Source: an uncultured virus (IMG/VR IMGVR_UViG_3300005537_000025) (lineage: Duplodnaviria; Heunggongvirae; Uroviricota; Caudoviricetes). Taken from it: DNA of 64,000 bases. Positions 29,101-39,836 of the stretch are shown here, piece by piece (position 1 is the first letter of the stretch; each line of letters begins with the position of its first letter). A program made the translations under genes and the position numbers. The notes beneath the pieces are model-generated. The model was not told the DNA's origin. It did no database searches and saw only the letters and a list, made by a program, of their open reading frames with translations. The stretch lies in the IMG/VR virus record IMGVR_UViG_3300005537_000025; one strand, 5' to 3'.

Positions 29101-30152
29101 CCGGGGGCGAGACCGAACGGCCGGACCCTTACCGGCCAGCCGCCCGGAAGCCAGATCGTGCCGTTCACGTCCGGGCCGGCTGCCGTGACCGTGATCATGA
29201 CCGAGGCACCCTCGGCGAGCTGCCCGCTGTAGGTGCTGAGCGTGATGCCGGCCGAGCATGTCAGCGTCCAGGCGACCGGGCCGCCGGCGGCGGTCAGCGT
29301 GAGGATGCCGGTGCCGCCGGCCGTGATGACCACCGCGGGCGCGGTGAGGGACCCGGGCGGTGCCGGGGATGGCGGCGCAGACAGGCTGGGGTGCCGGGGG
29401 CGGCGCGGCGCGGGCGGCGGCACGGCCGCCGGATGGAGACGGTGCCGCTCGTGGTGAGCGTGCGCCGGGATCGCGGCAGTGCCTGCGGCCGGGACGGCCG
29501 GGTCGGACGACGGGGCGCCGGCGGGACGGGGCGGGATCGCAGTGGTGTGAGGCGCGGTCTGCACGACCAGCGTCAGGGTGGTGGCGGAGACAGCAGCACC
29601 GAGAGTGCCCACCCTGACAGCCCTGCCGAGGTGACGCACCAGCATGGCGGTGACCGCAGGCTGGTGCGCGGCCGTGAGGGCGGCTGCGGCCTTGCGTGCG
29701 GCGGAGACGGACCGGATGAACGTCCAGCCGCCGCCGAGGACGGCGGCCACGGGGACGACGCGCAGGGCCGCGCGTCCCCCGGTGCGGCGTCCCTTCCCGC
29801 GCCGCGCACGCTCCCGGCGCTCGCCCTCGGCGATGCCCTCCTCGTACCACTGGCGGCGGTCTGCGCGGCTGAATGCCAGGTGCCCGAGGGCCTGCTCGAT
29901 GGCGGCGCTGTTCTCCTGGACTGCGCGGCGCCCTTCTTCATACCGGCTCTGCAGGCAGTACACCTCGGCGATGACGTCCTCGTCCAGTGTCCCGGTGGCG
30001 CGGGCCGTCTCCTCAAGCCGCGCGAGCAGGGCGTAGGTGTGCGCCTGGAGCGACCAGCTCGACGCCTGGAGCCTGCTGTTCACGGTGATGAGCGCAGCCA
30101 GCATCTCGTCGGTGCCGGGGTCCTGGGCACGCTCCCGCAGTGCGCCTTTCAC
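29097..30152 (-). CDS. Pro-rich protein with a hydrophobic segment and C-terminal Ig/BACON-like domain
   Basis: LTLTAAGGPVAWTL...LSTYSGQLAEGASVMITVT. Confidence 0.5.
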   Translation of the reverse strand: MKGALRERAQDPGTDEMLAALITVNSRLQASSWSLQAHTYALLARLEETARATGTLDEDVIAEVYCLQSRYEEGRRAVQENSAAIEQALGHLAFSRADRRQWYEEGIAEGERRERARRGKGRRTGGRAALRVVPVAAVLGGGWTFIRSVSAARKAAAALTAAHQPAVTAMLVRHLGRAVRVGTLGAAVSATTLTLVVQTAPHTTAIPPRPAGAPSSDPAVPAAGTAAIPAHAHHERHRLHPAAVPPPAPRRPRHPSLSAPPSPAPPGSLTAPAVVITAGGTGILTLTAAGGPVAWTLTCSAGITLSTYSGQLAEGASVMITVTAAGPDVNGTIWLPGGWPVRVRPFGLAPG

Positions 30153-30328
30153 GACGCGGTCCTCCCCAACCTGCCGGGGGCTGCGGGGCTGCCCCGGTGT
30201 CCCCCAGGTTCCCCCCCAGGGGTAGTGCTTCTCTGGAGTCTCGTCCTGCGAGAACCGTCACGCAAGGGACATGCCGGAAATGTCACCCGTCGTAATCGGT
30301 TCGTTACAATAGACGTGCTGATGCGCGG

Positions 30329-30931
30329 TTATGTCGCACGGCGCACGGCCGTATCCCCGGCCGCGATCAGCCGGAGCATCGCGATCGCCCGCGGCTTGTC
30401 AGCATCGCTGATGTGCCGCGTCTCCCACAGCTCTGCTTCCTGCGGGGCGCCCGGGAACGCCTGCGCCCCGGACGGCCTGCGGCCGTCAGCCGGGGTCGCC
30501 GCCCGGACCTGCGCCTCGACGGCTGCGAGGAACGGGGCGAGAGCGCCCTCATCCACCTGGTCGAGGAACTTCATGTGAGCGGGCTGGCGGCTGCCATCCT
30601 GACTCGCCGGCTGACCGGATTCCTCACTGCGCAGGATCTCGTCCAGGATCTCTGCGGCATCGGGCCGCTGGCCCTCGCCGGCCAGGCGATCCGGGGTGAT
30701 GCCGAAGATCCGGGCCATCTGCGCCAGTGTCCGGGCGGACGCCCGGACCGGTACCCGCCTGCTCCTCCTGCCGCCCTGGCCGCGCTCGACATCACCCCAG
30801 TACGAGGTGCTGATCTGGCCTCCGGCCGCGCGGACCGCCGCCGCGGCAGCCTCGACAGTCATTCCCGCCGCCGCACGGGCGCGCTTGATGAGGACTGCTT
30901 CCGGGGGCCGGGCCTGATTGTCCGGTTCCAT
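30329..30931 (-). CDS. Phage immunity repressor (XRE-like HTH)
   Basis: PPEAVLIKRAR...MTVEAAA...ISTSYWGDVERG; divergent from a cro-like gene. Confidence 0.7.
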   Translation of the reverse strand: MEPDNQARPPEAVLIKRARAAAGMTVEAAAAAVRAAGGQISTSYWGDVERGQGGRRSRRVPVRASARTLAQMARIFGITPDRLAGEGQRPDAAEILDEILRSEESGQPASQDGSRQPAHMKFLDQVDEGALAPFLAAVEAQVRAATPADGRRPSGAQAFPGAPQEAELWETRHISDADKPRAIAMLRLIAAGDTAVRRAT

Positions 30932-31061
30932 GCGGGGGAGCCTTCCCTGCTGTGTGATGACTAACGGCGACTCTAGGCGACTGACGTCAGGCGTTCCTAG
31001 TCCGTTCCGCTCCCGCTAAGTCACGAAAGCATAAATTCTCCGGACTGGCTAGACCCAACAG

Positions 31062-31091
31062 TTGCGTGTAGCTTTTAGTCATCGATAGTCT
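31062..31091 (+). promoter_or_regulatory. Early rightward promoter, leaderless for cro
   Basis: TTGCGT-18-TAGTCT-6 nt-ATG(31098). Confidence 0.6.
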
Positions 31092-31097
31092 GTCCTT

Positions 31098-31319
31098 ATG
31101 AGTGGTAGCCAGCGCCTCATCGACCCGGACAAACTCAGGGCGCGCCGCATCCGCGCCGGCCTTGACAGACCCTCCCTCGCAGCGCGCGCCGGGCTCAACA
31201 AGAGCTTCATCTCGCTGATCGAGCGCGGGCAGCGAGGGGTCTCGGTGCAGACGCTTCACAAGTTCGCAGAAGTACTCGACTGCGACATCGACGACCTGAT
31301 GCCCGAGGCCGCTTTATGA
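31098..31319 (+). CDS. Cro-like XRE HTH protein
   Basis: KLRARRIRAGL....LAARAGLNKSFISLIERGQRGVS. Confidence 0.85.
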   Translation: MSGSQRLIDPDKLRARRIRAGLDRPSLAARAGLNKSFISLIERGQRGVSVQTLHKFAEVLDCDIDDLMPEAAL

Positions 31320-34081
31320 GCAGCTTCGACGCCTACGGCCGGCTTGAGAAGGCGATCGCCGCTGCCGACGTCCGCAGCATCCGCGCCCGCTGGGAGTACG
31401 CGCGGCGCCTGCTGGTCGACCGCACCAAGACCACGCGGAGCGGCAACCTCCGCAACGGGGTCATTGAGGGGCTTATCGCAGCCGCCGGCCGGCAGGGCAT
31501 CAAGATCAGCCGGCGCGAGATCCAGCATCGGATCAAGGCGGCCAAGCAGTACCCGAGCGAGGCTCATATCACGCACGTCCGTGCGCGATTCGAGACCTGG
31601 CACAAGCTCCGTGAAGCCGGATTCCCGCCCGTCCAGCTGCCCCTCGGAGCCGACACCACTCCGTACGATCCCCGCACCCCGGAGGAGGAAGCTCGGGACG
31701 CCGGAGAGGCGATCGACCGCATCGGGCAAGGGGCCAGCGGGCAGCTCAAGCTGTTCGAGTACTTCAAGGAGTCCGTCGCGGACGAGCTGTCCACAATCGC
31801 CGAGCTCCGCAAGTACGCAGTCGACATGTCCGAGTGGACGAGCCGCCAGGCGAGGAAAGACCGCGAACGGCTCGCCTACATTGACCGGCTCAGCGCGGCG
31901 GTCGGCGGTGACGAGAGCAAGACGTGGGCTGAAGCTAATGCGGCGCTCGTATCGCAGGCTGGAGCATCCCTGCGGAGCACGGGGTCGCATCTGCCCGGCT
32001 CGGCCGGCCCAGTGTTCCAGGCCCATGCTCCAGGCGATGCCGCGTGATCGCCACCCTCGGCTCCTTCGCCCTCGGTGCCTGCTTTGACGTGGCCGCCACC
32101 GTCCTGGTGGGAGCGGGCCTCGCCTGGTGGGGACGGGAGATCTGCCGGTTCGGGGAGAGCGATGCCGAGTACCTGGCCCGCAGCCGGCGGCGCGCCCGCT
32201 ACTCGCCATCGCCCTGCCGGTCACCGCTGTGGCAGCGGTCACAACGCAAAAGAGTGCCTCCGCCGGCGTGAGGCGGAGGCACTGACGGCCAGGCGGTCCA
32301 TAGCCGCCGGGCCAGGTGAAGGAGAACGACCTTCACCCCGAATGGTAACGGAAGGAGAACGATGGAGACGGAAGGCCTCACTCCCGTTGAGCAGGATCGC
32401 CGGGACGCCATCGCCGCGATGACCGCCGGGGAGAAGCAGCGCGCGACGTGGTTCGCCGGCGTGCGGCGCATCCTGGACATAGCCGAGCCGCACCCGCTCC
32501 TCGGCCGGCCCAGCGTGGCCGGCGGGTGGATCGCGTTCACGATCCCCGGCACCGGAGCGGAGGCCCGCCGGTGCATGGCGGCAGCCGAGACGCTGCTCGC
32601 CGCCGCGCTGCACGCCAGTTTCACAGGCAGGCCGGACGAGAGCGGCTACTACTACGTCCTTGAGGCGCCCCTCCCGGGCGGCCTGAAGGTACAGGTCAGG
32701 GCGTGGCGGGAGGCAGTTGCCGAGGAGCACGTCACCTGCACGTGCGGCGGCGGGACCGAGTGGGTCCGCCTGCCTGCCGACGAGCCCGTGCCTGCAGCTG
32801 CCGGGACGGGGGCCGCGTAAATGTCCGGGTCACCCCAGATGACTAGCGGAGCGCCGGCGGCAGTTACCCCGGTCCTGACCAGCGCTGCAGCTAAGCTCGT
32901 CGGCCGCGACGAGGCCGCCCGCCTCGCCCGGCCCTACCGCTGCAGCCACTGCCACGTGCCCGCCACCATCGGTGCCGGCCGCGTCTACGTCAACCACTGC
33001 GCATCGTGCCCGCGCCGGGCCGTGCAGCGCTTCATGACGAGGATGGGAGCGGGACGATGAGCACAGTCGCCGGCCGGCACTCTGCCGCGCATTTCCTGGC
33101 CGAGACGATCACTGCAGGCACAGCCTCCGCGGACGCCCCGGTGCGGCTCAGGCACGTCCTGCGGCTCCGCTGGCCGTGGTCCGGCCGCACGCAGCAGCAT
33201 GAGAGCGGGCAGGCCCGCCCGCCTGAGGCTGTCTGCGCCGGAAGCGCCCCCTGGGACGACGGCGCTCCCGCACCGGCACCCGGCCCGCTCCCGGGCGACC
33301 CGCAGGACTGGTCCGGCATCACCGACATGGACCTTGTCCCGGCGCACGACCGGCCGTTCATCGCGGCACCTGACCCTGCCGGGCCTGGTACAGCCATGCC
33401 GGCCGCAGCACCGGTCGCGCTGCTGCGGGCGTACCGCGGTGGCGTGTACTGGCGGGAGGAGCAGCTCGCCGGCACGCCCGTATATGTCGGGTTGCGGCTC
33501 GCCGGCGGCGCAGGCGTCGTCGCGGGCGTGTCTCTCGGCACCGACGACACGGACGAGTTCCTCGCCGAGGGGGACCTTGCGTGGCTCGACGCGGCGATCG
33601 CCGCCTTCGGGGCAGCCAGGGCCGACCTCCTGGCCACGACCGTTCCCGTCGCGGCGGACGCCGAGCCGGACCCGGTCCAGGGCGAGGATCCGGAGCCGCG
33701 CGGCACTGGCAGCGAGCATGCCGGGGAATCTGCCGAGGATGACAGGTGGATATCCGCATGAGCGCCGCCGCCGTCAGCGCCCGTCCGCAGGCCCCCGCGC
33801 CCGCCGACGTGGCGCGCCGCGTGCTCCACACCGCAACGGAGGCCCTGGCGGTCCTGACCGAACGCCGCAACGTCCTTGCCGACGCCTGTGAGGAGTACAG
33901 GCTTCTCGTCTCCGGCGAGATGGCGTGGGAGCAGTACGACCCGGGCCTGTTCATGCTCGGCGGCGACCCGCAGGACATGGCGGTCAGGATGGCGCAGCAG
34001 AAGATGACCGACGCTGCCGCCGCTGCCGGGCGGCTGTTCTCCGAGTACCAGGCGCGGACCGGGACGGAGGCGGCGGAGTGA
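31316..34081 (+). other. Early hypothetical genes (31316-32047, 32044-32271, 32362-32820, 32821-33060, 33057-33761, 33758-34081)
   Basis: Coupled ORFs with GC3 bias. Confidence 0.6.
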
Positions 34082-35238
34082 GCCGCAATGAATCTGACAC
34101 GTACATCTACCCGCCGACAGGCGAGAACCTGACTCGCGTCACGACCATCCTGGACGCAACGGACGGCAAGCAGCGGTACCTGGTGCCCTGGGCGGCCCGG
34201 CTCGCCGCCGAGTGCGCCGTGGACAATCTCGGCCTGCTGGAGGCAGTGCTGAGCGGCCGGGCGATGTCCGTGGCCGCCAGGGCCAGCGGGCGGCAGGCAG
34301 CCGTCGACCTCGCCAAGGGCCGGGCCGAGAAGGTCCGCGATCTCAAGCGCGACGTCGGCTCGTACGTGCATCACGTGGTCGAGGCGCTGGTCTTGTGGCA
34401 GGCGTCCCCGGAAGGGCACGGGTCTGACCTCGTGCTGCCGGAACTGCCGGGCCACCTCGCCGGCCAGGAGTACGACGAAGACCCGGTCGAGGTCGTCGCG
34501 GACTGGATGATCGAGGGCTTCCTGAACTGGGTAGCCGACTACGGGCCACACTTCCTTGCCGCCGAGATGACGGTGTTCAACTACCCGCTCGGCGTCGCCG
34601 GGACGCTGGACAAGATCGTGTTCCTGCCAGGGCTGGCCATTGGCCCGGCCGGCCGGTTCATCCCCGGCCCCGGCGTGACCGTCTGCGGCGACGTGAAGAC
34701 CGGCAAGAATCCCGACAAGACATGGCGGGAGCAGATCGCCGCCTACCGGCACGCGTCTGAGGCCGACCCGGCCGGCTTCGGGGACCTCGTCCCGATGCCC
34801 GCCACCGACGCCGGGGCGGTGCTGCACCTGCGGCCCGAGCACCCGCGCGGCTACCGGTTCCACCTCATCTCCGGAGCCGACGACGCGAAAGCGTGGAACA
34901 GGTTCCGCCGCGACGTGGAGATCTTCCAGGGCCGCAAGGCCGAGAACGCCAAGCCCGGCAAGGTCTGCTACCCGCTGCGCGCCGACGGCACCATCCAGCA
35001 GCCGCGCATCGCGGACCTCGACGGCGAGGGCTACGGCCGGGCACTGTCCCCGCTGGTCAAGGCCGGGATCGAGGACCTGGAGCAGCTCGCGGCGATGGAC
35101 GCCGGGGACTGCCTGAAGGTCAAGGGCATCGGCGGCAAGCTGCTCGGCGCCATCCGGCAGATGCTCGCCGACCACGGGCTGTCCCTCAAGGGCGAGGAAC
35201 TGCCGGTCAAGGCGCAGCGCGAACAGGAGGCTGCGTGA
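34078..35238 (+). CDS. PD-(D/E)XK exonuclease (RecE/Cas4-like) with a C-terminal helix-hairpin-helix
   Basis: RVTTIL; GSYVH; AEMTVFN...VAGTLD; DVKTGK; QIAAYR; VKGIGGK. Confidence 0.85.
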   Translation: MSRNESDTYIYPPTGENLTRVTTILDATDGKQRYLVPWAARLAAECAVDNLGLLEAVLSGRAMSVAARASGRQAAVDLAKGRAEKVRDLKRDVGSYVHHVVEALVLWQASPEGHGSDLVLPELPGHLAGQEYDEDPVEVVADWMIEGFLNWVADYGPHFLAAEMTVFNYPLGVAGTLDKIVFLPGLAIGPAGRFIPGPGVTVCGDVKTGKNPDKTWREQIAAYRHASEADPAGFGDLVPMPATDAGAVLHLRPEHPRGYRFHLISGADDAKAWNRFRRDVEIFQGRKAENAKPGKVCYPLRADGTIQQPRIADLDGEGYGRALSPLVKAGIEDLEQLAAMDAGDCLKVKGIGGKLLGAIRQMLADHGLSLKGEELPVKAQREQEAA

Positions 35239-36260
35239 TGCCGATCCTCACGGGAATCCAGGCACGGAACTACGTGGTCGGCCGGATCAGGACCGGCGAC
35301 AAGGACGACCAGGGCCACCCGCACCGGCTCGACGGGTTCCGGTTCACCAGCCCGTCACCGAAGCGCGCAGCCGAGATCGCCGAGCTGTACGACGGCAGCC
35401 AGCCCCGGCCGTGGCGCCAGGAGTGGGAGGTGTACACCAGGCTCCGCGAGATCACCATCGCGCTCCCTCCGGGCCGGCTGGTGATCAGCCAGGCGTTCAT
35501 GCGCTGGTCCGGCGGCGGTCCCACGATGGTCTGCGACGGGATGACCACCACCCAGCCTCAGCACGGCCCGTGCCAGTGCCCGCAGCCCGCCATACCGGGC
35601 GATGAGGAATCGCTCTGGCAGGCGATCAAGGAGCGCCGCCGCCGGGCGGCGCTGAAGACCCCGCAGGGCTGCTACCCGTACACGTGGATCAATGTCAGCC
35701 TCGTCGACGTCGGCGACTTCGGGGTGTGGCGCCTGCTGTCCAAGAGCGAGAACGCTGCGGCCGAGATCATCGACAAGGCCCTCCTGCTCGAGCGTGCCCG
35801 CGCCGCCGGACAGTACCTGGCCGCGACGCTGGCGCTGGAATACCGGGAGTCCCGGGTGGACGGGATGCTGCGCCAGTACAACGTGCCCGCAATCCGCGTG
35901 GACGACTCAGTGCGGGCCATCGCGACCGGGCAGATCGCGGGGCGGTCGCTCGCCGACCAGCTGCCGCCGGCAGCCGGCGGCCGGCACCGTGCGATCACGG
36001 CTGGCCCGGTGCCGCCGGATGCCGGCCAGGCGTGTCCGGCCACGCAGGCGGCACCCGGGGCCGGGCAGGTCACCGCGCAGGAGATCGCCGACCGCGCGAA
36101 GACCACCGTGACCAGGAGCGGCATCAAGGAGCTGATGAAGCTCGCCGCCGTGAGCCGGTGCGGCCAGGACCTGGTGGAAGTCGACGACGCCTGGGAGGAA
36201 CTGGACGGGTACCTGAACGACCTGCTCCGCGTTCTCGCTGCATCGGAGAACGAGTCATGA
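35238..36260 (+). CDS. Gp3-like protein (phiC31 gp3 recombination directionality factor/SSAP-partner family)
   Basis: GRIRTG...P.RLDGFRFTS...IAELY.G...W.GGG...CDG...CQCP...GVWRL.S.S.NAA.EI. Confidence 0.75.
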   Translation: MPILTGIQARNYVVGRIRTGDKDDQGHPHRLDGFRFTSPSPKRAAEIAELYDGSQPRPWRQEWEVYTRLREITIALPPGRLVISQAFMRWSGGGPTMVCDGMTTTQPQHGPCQCPQPAIPGDEESLWQAIKERRRRAALKTPQGCYPYTWINVSLVDVGDFGVWRLLSKSENAAAEIIDKALLLERARAAGQYLAATLALEYRESRVDGMLRQYNVPAIRVDDSVRAIATGQIAGRSLADQLPPAAGGRHRAITAGPVPPDAGQACPATQAAPGAGQVTAQEIADRAKTTVTRSGIKELMKLAAVSRCGQDLVEVDDAWEELDGYLNDLLRVLAASENES

Positions 36261-37120
36261 GCCAGGCACTGATGGACGACGTGTGCGCGTTCCATGCTCT
36301 CGAGCGGGCGATGGCCGCACTGAGGGTAGCCGAACTGAGCCTGTCGGACGAGCACTCGTCCGCCCTGGCCGTCAGCGAGGCGCACGACGCCGTGCGGGTC
36401 GCGGCCAGGCAGGTGACCCGCGCCACCGACGAGCTGCCGTTCGAGCGGCAGCCGAAGAACTGGGGAACGACGTGACATATACGCTGTCTGACGACGACGG
36501 CACTGAGCTGCGGGTGGAGCCGGGCGCGCCGGGCTGCGCGATCCTGGAGGTCAGCGACTCAGGCGGCAGTGCCGCGCTCGCAGCCGGGGCGGCCGAGTTC
36601 CCGGCCATCACCTCGGCGCTGTGGGAAGCGGCCGGGTACCCGGCCCCGGTCATGCTGCCGCGCCCGGAGATCGCGGACGGGATCTGGGAGGGAGTCCGGC
36701 TCGCCGTAGCCGTGCACGCCGGGAAGGTCCGGCTCCGGGCAGACGGGGAGCGTCTGGATCTGGAGCCGCCCGTCGCCAGGGTGCTCGCCGCAGTCATCGC
36801 GATCAAGGCTGACGAGGCTGGTGCCGAGCCCGACGCTGGCCGGGTCAGGACGCTGGCCGCGCTGATCGACGCGTCGGAGCGTGTCAGCGGGGACACGACG
36901 GGGCTCGCGGCCTGCCTGCTGCGCGCCGGAGTCCGGCTGGGAGGCGGCCGCGATGAATGACCGGTGCCAGCCGGGCCCCGCGCAGGTGCTGGCCGCCTCG
37001 TTCGGCGCTTCATACGACGGGCACTACTGCACGTCCTGGCACGCCTGGACGTGCCCGTCCGGGTCACGGGTCATCTGGTGCATGCACGAGGTTGCTATCG
37101 AGCTAGGGGTGGCGACCTGA
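36257..37120 (+). other. Hypothetical genes (36257-36475, 36472-36960, 36953-37120)
   Basis: Coupled ORFs. Confidence 0.5.
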
Positions 37121-37626
37121 TGGCCCGGATCTGGAACAGCACCCTGAACCGCAGTGCGGGGCTGAAGCGCTCACCGTGGCGGAAGTCCGCTCCGCCAGAT
37201 GCAGGCATCCCGGTAATCCCGCTCCGCCGCAGCCGTGACCCCGGGCCCGACGCGAAGATGCGCCTGACCGTGCTGGAACGTGACGGTTACGCGTGCGTCC
37301 GCTGCGGCGCCGACATCACGGACAGGGCGTACAGCATCCATCACCGCAAGCGGCGCAGCCAGAGCGGCCGGAACGAGCTCCAGAACCTCCTTACACTCTG
37401 CGGGACCGGGACTACCGGGTGTCACGGATGGGTGCATGCCCATCCAGCGGATGCCCGCGACGCCGGCTGGCTCGTCCGCGGCAGCGACAAACCGGCAGAG
37501 GTCTCCGTGCTCATCGTCAGCGCGACGTTGCGGCTTGACAGGTACGGCGGCTACACGACGGAGCCTCCTCGGCATCCAGAAGCAGCAGCCGCGACGATCC
37601 AGGCGCTGAAGGCAGGCGCGCCGTGA
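37120..37626 (+). CDS. HNH endonuclease
   Basis: VLERDGYACVRCG...IHHRKRRSQ...NLLTLCGTGTTGCHGWVH. Confidence 0.9.
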   Translation: MARIWNSTLNRSAGLKRSPWRKSAPPDAGIPVIPLRRSRDPGPDAKMRLTVLERDGYACVRCGADITDRAYSIHHRKRRSQSGRNELQNLLTLCGTGTTGCHGWVHAHPADARDAGWLVRGSDKPAEVSVLIVSATLRLDRYGGYTTEPPRHPEAAAATIQALKAGAP

Positions 37627-38246
37627 GGTTCAGCGCCCTGGCCGGCTTCCGCGTCGCAGGGCTCGACGACGAGTCCCAGGAGTTCACCCAGCCCGTGAAG
37701 GTCACCTGTGCATGCGGGGAGGCCAGCGGCCCGTTCACCTTCCGCCGCGACGGCGGCGCTGACATGACGGCCTTGCTCGGCGACCTGGTGCAGTGGGCGT
37801 GGGGCCATGAGTGCGCGACGGTCAGGGACTCCGGCGAGGATGACCGGCGATGAGCCTGATCAGGCGCCCCGTTCGCCTCCCGCGTCCCGACGCCACGCCG
37901 CCGGACCTGCTCTGGGAATCCGCAGCAAGGGAACATCACGGCGAGCCTGACACCCGGCCGGTCTCGTCCGCTGGCCGCCGGCCGCAGCGCCGGCTCCGCC
38001 CGCGCTGGTACACGAACTTCGGCGATGAGATCGTGTTCGGCCCGCTGGACGGGAGGCAGCCATGACGCTGGTCACTGCCTGCGGCATCCGGGAGACCTCG
38101 ACTCACGCCTGCACTTGCGGGTGGGAGCCGCCTGACTACCGGTGCCCGCCGTCGCTGAGGTTCTGGACGCTGATCCGGCCCGACAGGTACTGCATCATCC
38201 ACTGCGCGCTGATTCGGCGCTGGAGGGGAAGACCCGGAGGCGCTGC

Positions 38247-38723
38247 ATGAACGATAGCGATGAGGCCTACACGCCCGGCGAGGTCGCCCGCCTGTTCCGG
38301 GTCGATCCGAAGACCGTGACGCGGTGGGCGGACAGGGGCAAGATCGCCAGCTTCCGCACCCCCGGAGGACACCGGCGGTACCGGGCCGGTGAGGTGAACG
38401 CGCTCCTCGGCGGGACGGCCGTCCCGCGTGCCGCCGCCGTCTGCCCGGACGGTGACGTTACGCTCACGAGCCGTCAGGTGGCGCGCTTCGCGGGGGTTGA
38501 TGTGTCGACTGCTCAGCGGTGGGCGAGCGACGGGAAGCTCGCCGCGTCCAGGACGGCGTCCGGCCGGTGGGAGTTCCGTGCCGGCGAGGTGCGGGCGTTC
38601 CTGGCCTCGCGCAGGACCGGCGGCGCTGCCGCGATCCCCTCCAGCCGCGTCGGTGCCGACCCGGGCGACGGCCGGTCCCGCGACGAGATCAGTGGCCGTT
38701 TCCGCAAGGAGGCCCCGGCGTGA
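38247..38723 (+). CDS. Tandem two-domain BldC-like (MerR-type HTH) regulator
   Basis: Domain 1 TPGEVARLFRVDPKTVTRWA..GKI.SFRTPGGHRRYR..EV.ALL closely matches Streptomyces BldC as I recall it; domain 2 is LTSRQVARFAGVDVSTAQRWASDGKL...RT.SG.W.FR.GEV. Confidence 0.85.
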   Translation: MNDSDEAYTPGEVARLFRVDPKTVTRWADRGKIASFRTPGGHRRYRAGEVNALLGGTAVPRAAAVCPDGDVTLTSRQVARFAGVDVSTAQRWASDGKLAASRTASGRWEFRAGEVRAFLASRRTGGAAAIPSSRVGADPGDGRSRDEISGRFRKEAPA

Positions 38724-39268
38724 GACTCGCCTTCACCGACTGTGAAACCACCGGGACCGATCCGGCTCGCCACGACCTGTGGGAGATCGCCGTCATCATC
38801 CGGGACGACAGCACGGGTCGCGAGGATTCGGAGTTCACCTGGCTGATCGAGCCGGACGTCGCCGCCGCCGATCCTGGCGCGCTGAGGGTCAACCGGTACT
38901 ATCAGCGCCTCGCCGAGCTTTCCCCGCTGGAGTGGGCGGAACCGGCCTGCGTTGCCGGGACCGTCGCGTCGCTGACAGCCGGCGCGATGATCGCCGCCGC
39001 GAACCCGGCGTTCGACACAAGTTTTCTGGACATGTTCCTGCGGGCGAACGGGCAGTGCCCGGCGTGGGACTACCACCTTCAGGACGCCGGGAGTCTCGTG
39101 CGCGGCTGGGCCGCTGCGCAAGGACGCCGTCTGCCGTTCCCGCTCAAGCTCGCTGATGCCGCAAGCGTGATGGGCATCGACCCGGCCGCCTACGAGGCCC
39201 ATACCGCGCTCGCTGACGCGAGGCTCGTGAGAGATATTTTCGACGCCGTCACGGGTGGTACGGGATGA
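38720..39268 (+). CDS. DEDDh 3'-5' exonuclease (DnaQ-like)
   Basis: FTDCETTG; NPAFD; HTALADA. Confidence 0.85.
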   Translation: MRLAFTDCETTGTDPARHDLWEIAVIIRDDSTGREDSEFTWLIEPDVAAADPGALRVNRYYQRLAELSPLEWAEPACVAGTVASLTAGAMIAAANPAFDTSFLDMFLRANGQCPAWDYHLQDAGSLVRGWAAAQGRRLPFPLKLADAASVMGIDPAAYEAHTALADARLVRDIFDAVTGGTG

Positions 39269-39836
39269 CCGCGTGCCTGAACGAGGCAGGGCCGAGGATC
39301 GTGAGGGCGACATGATCCCCGACTACCCGGTGTGGGTCTGGGGCCTCGCGCTCCTCGGGCTCGTCGTGGCGGCCTGCGTGATCATCCTGGCCGTCGTTAC
39401 CGTGGCGCGCCTCGTCGCTGCGGTCAGAGCCTACGCCCGGCTTGAAGGCGGTGGCGAGCGGTGACCCCGACCCTTATCACGGCCGGCGTCCCGGCCCTCC
39501 TGGTCACCGCCGCCTTTGCCCTGTTCCGCCTGCGGCGTTACCGCGACGAGCGGGACTACCGCGCGTGGCGGCGGCACGAAGATGCGGCACTTGCGCTCGC
39601 AAACGGGGGCCGGCGGTGAGCCCCCCTGAGCTGGACATCCTGGTGCGCGGCATCGTGGACCTGGCCATCATCGCCGCTGCCTGGTCGCTGCTGTTCTTCG
39701 GGCGCGTGAAGCTCTCGTCGCCGGCGGCCCCGCGGCGTACCGGCCGGGCAAAGAATACGGCGGGTGCCAGCGCACCTGACGCGGCTGCGGATCAGGGCGG
39801 CAGCGAGCAGGCCGTAACGCCGATCGGTCGTGCGGC

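Noticed and set aside
33358..35175. 605-aa minus-strand ORF and similar long antisense ORFs (e.g. 14612-15988, 49126-50457, 50409-51881)
   Set aside because: Shadow ORFs opposite well-supported genes, as expected in very high-GC DNA.
34078..35238. Cas4-like nuclease as evidence of a CRISPR-Cas system
   Set aside because: It sits next to the Gp3-like gene in a standard phage recombination module.
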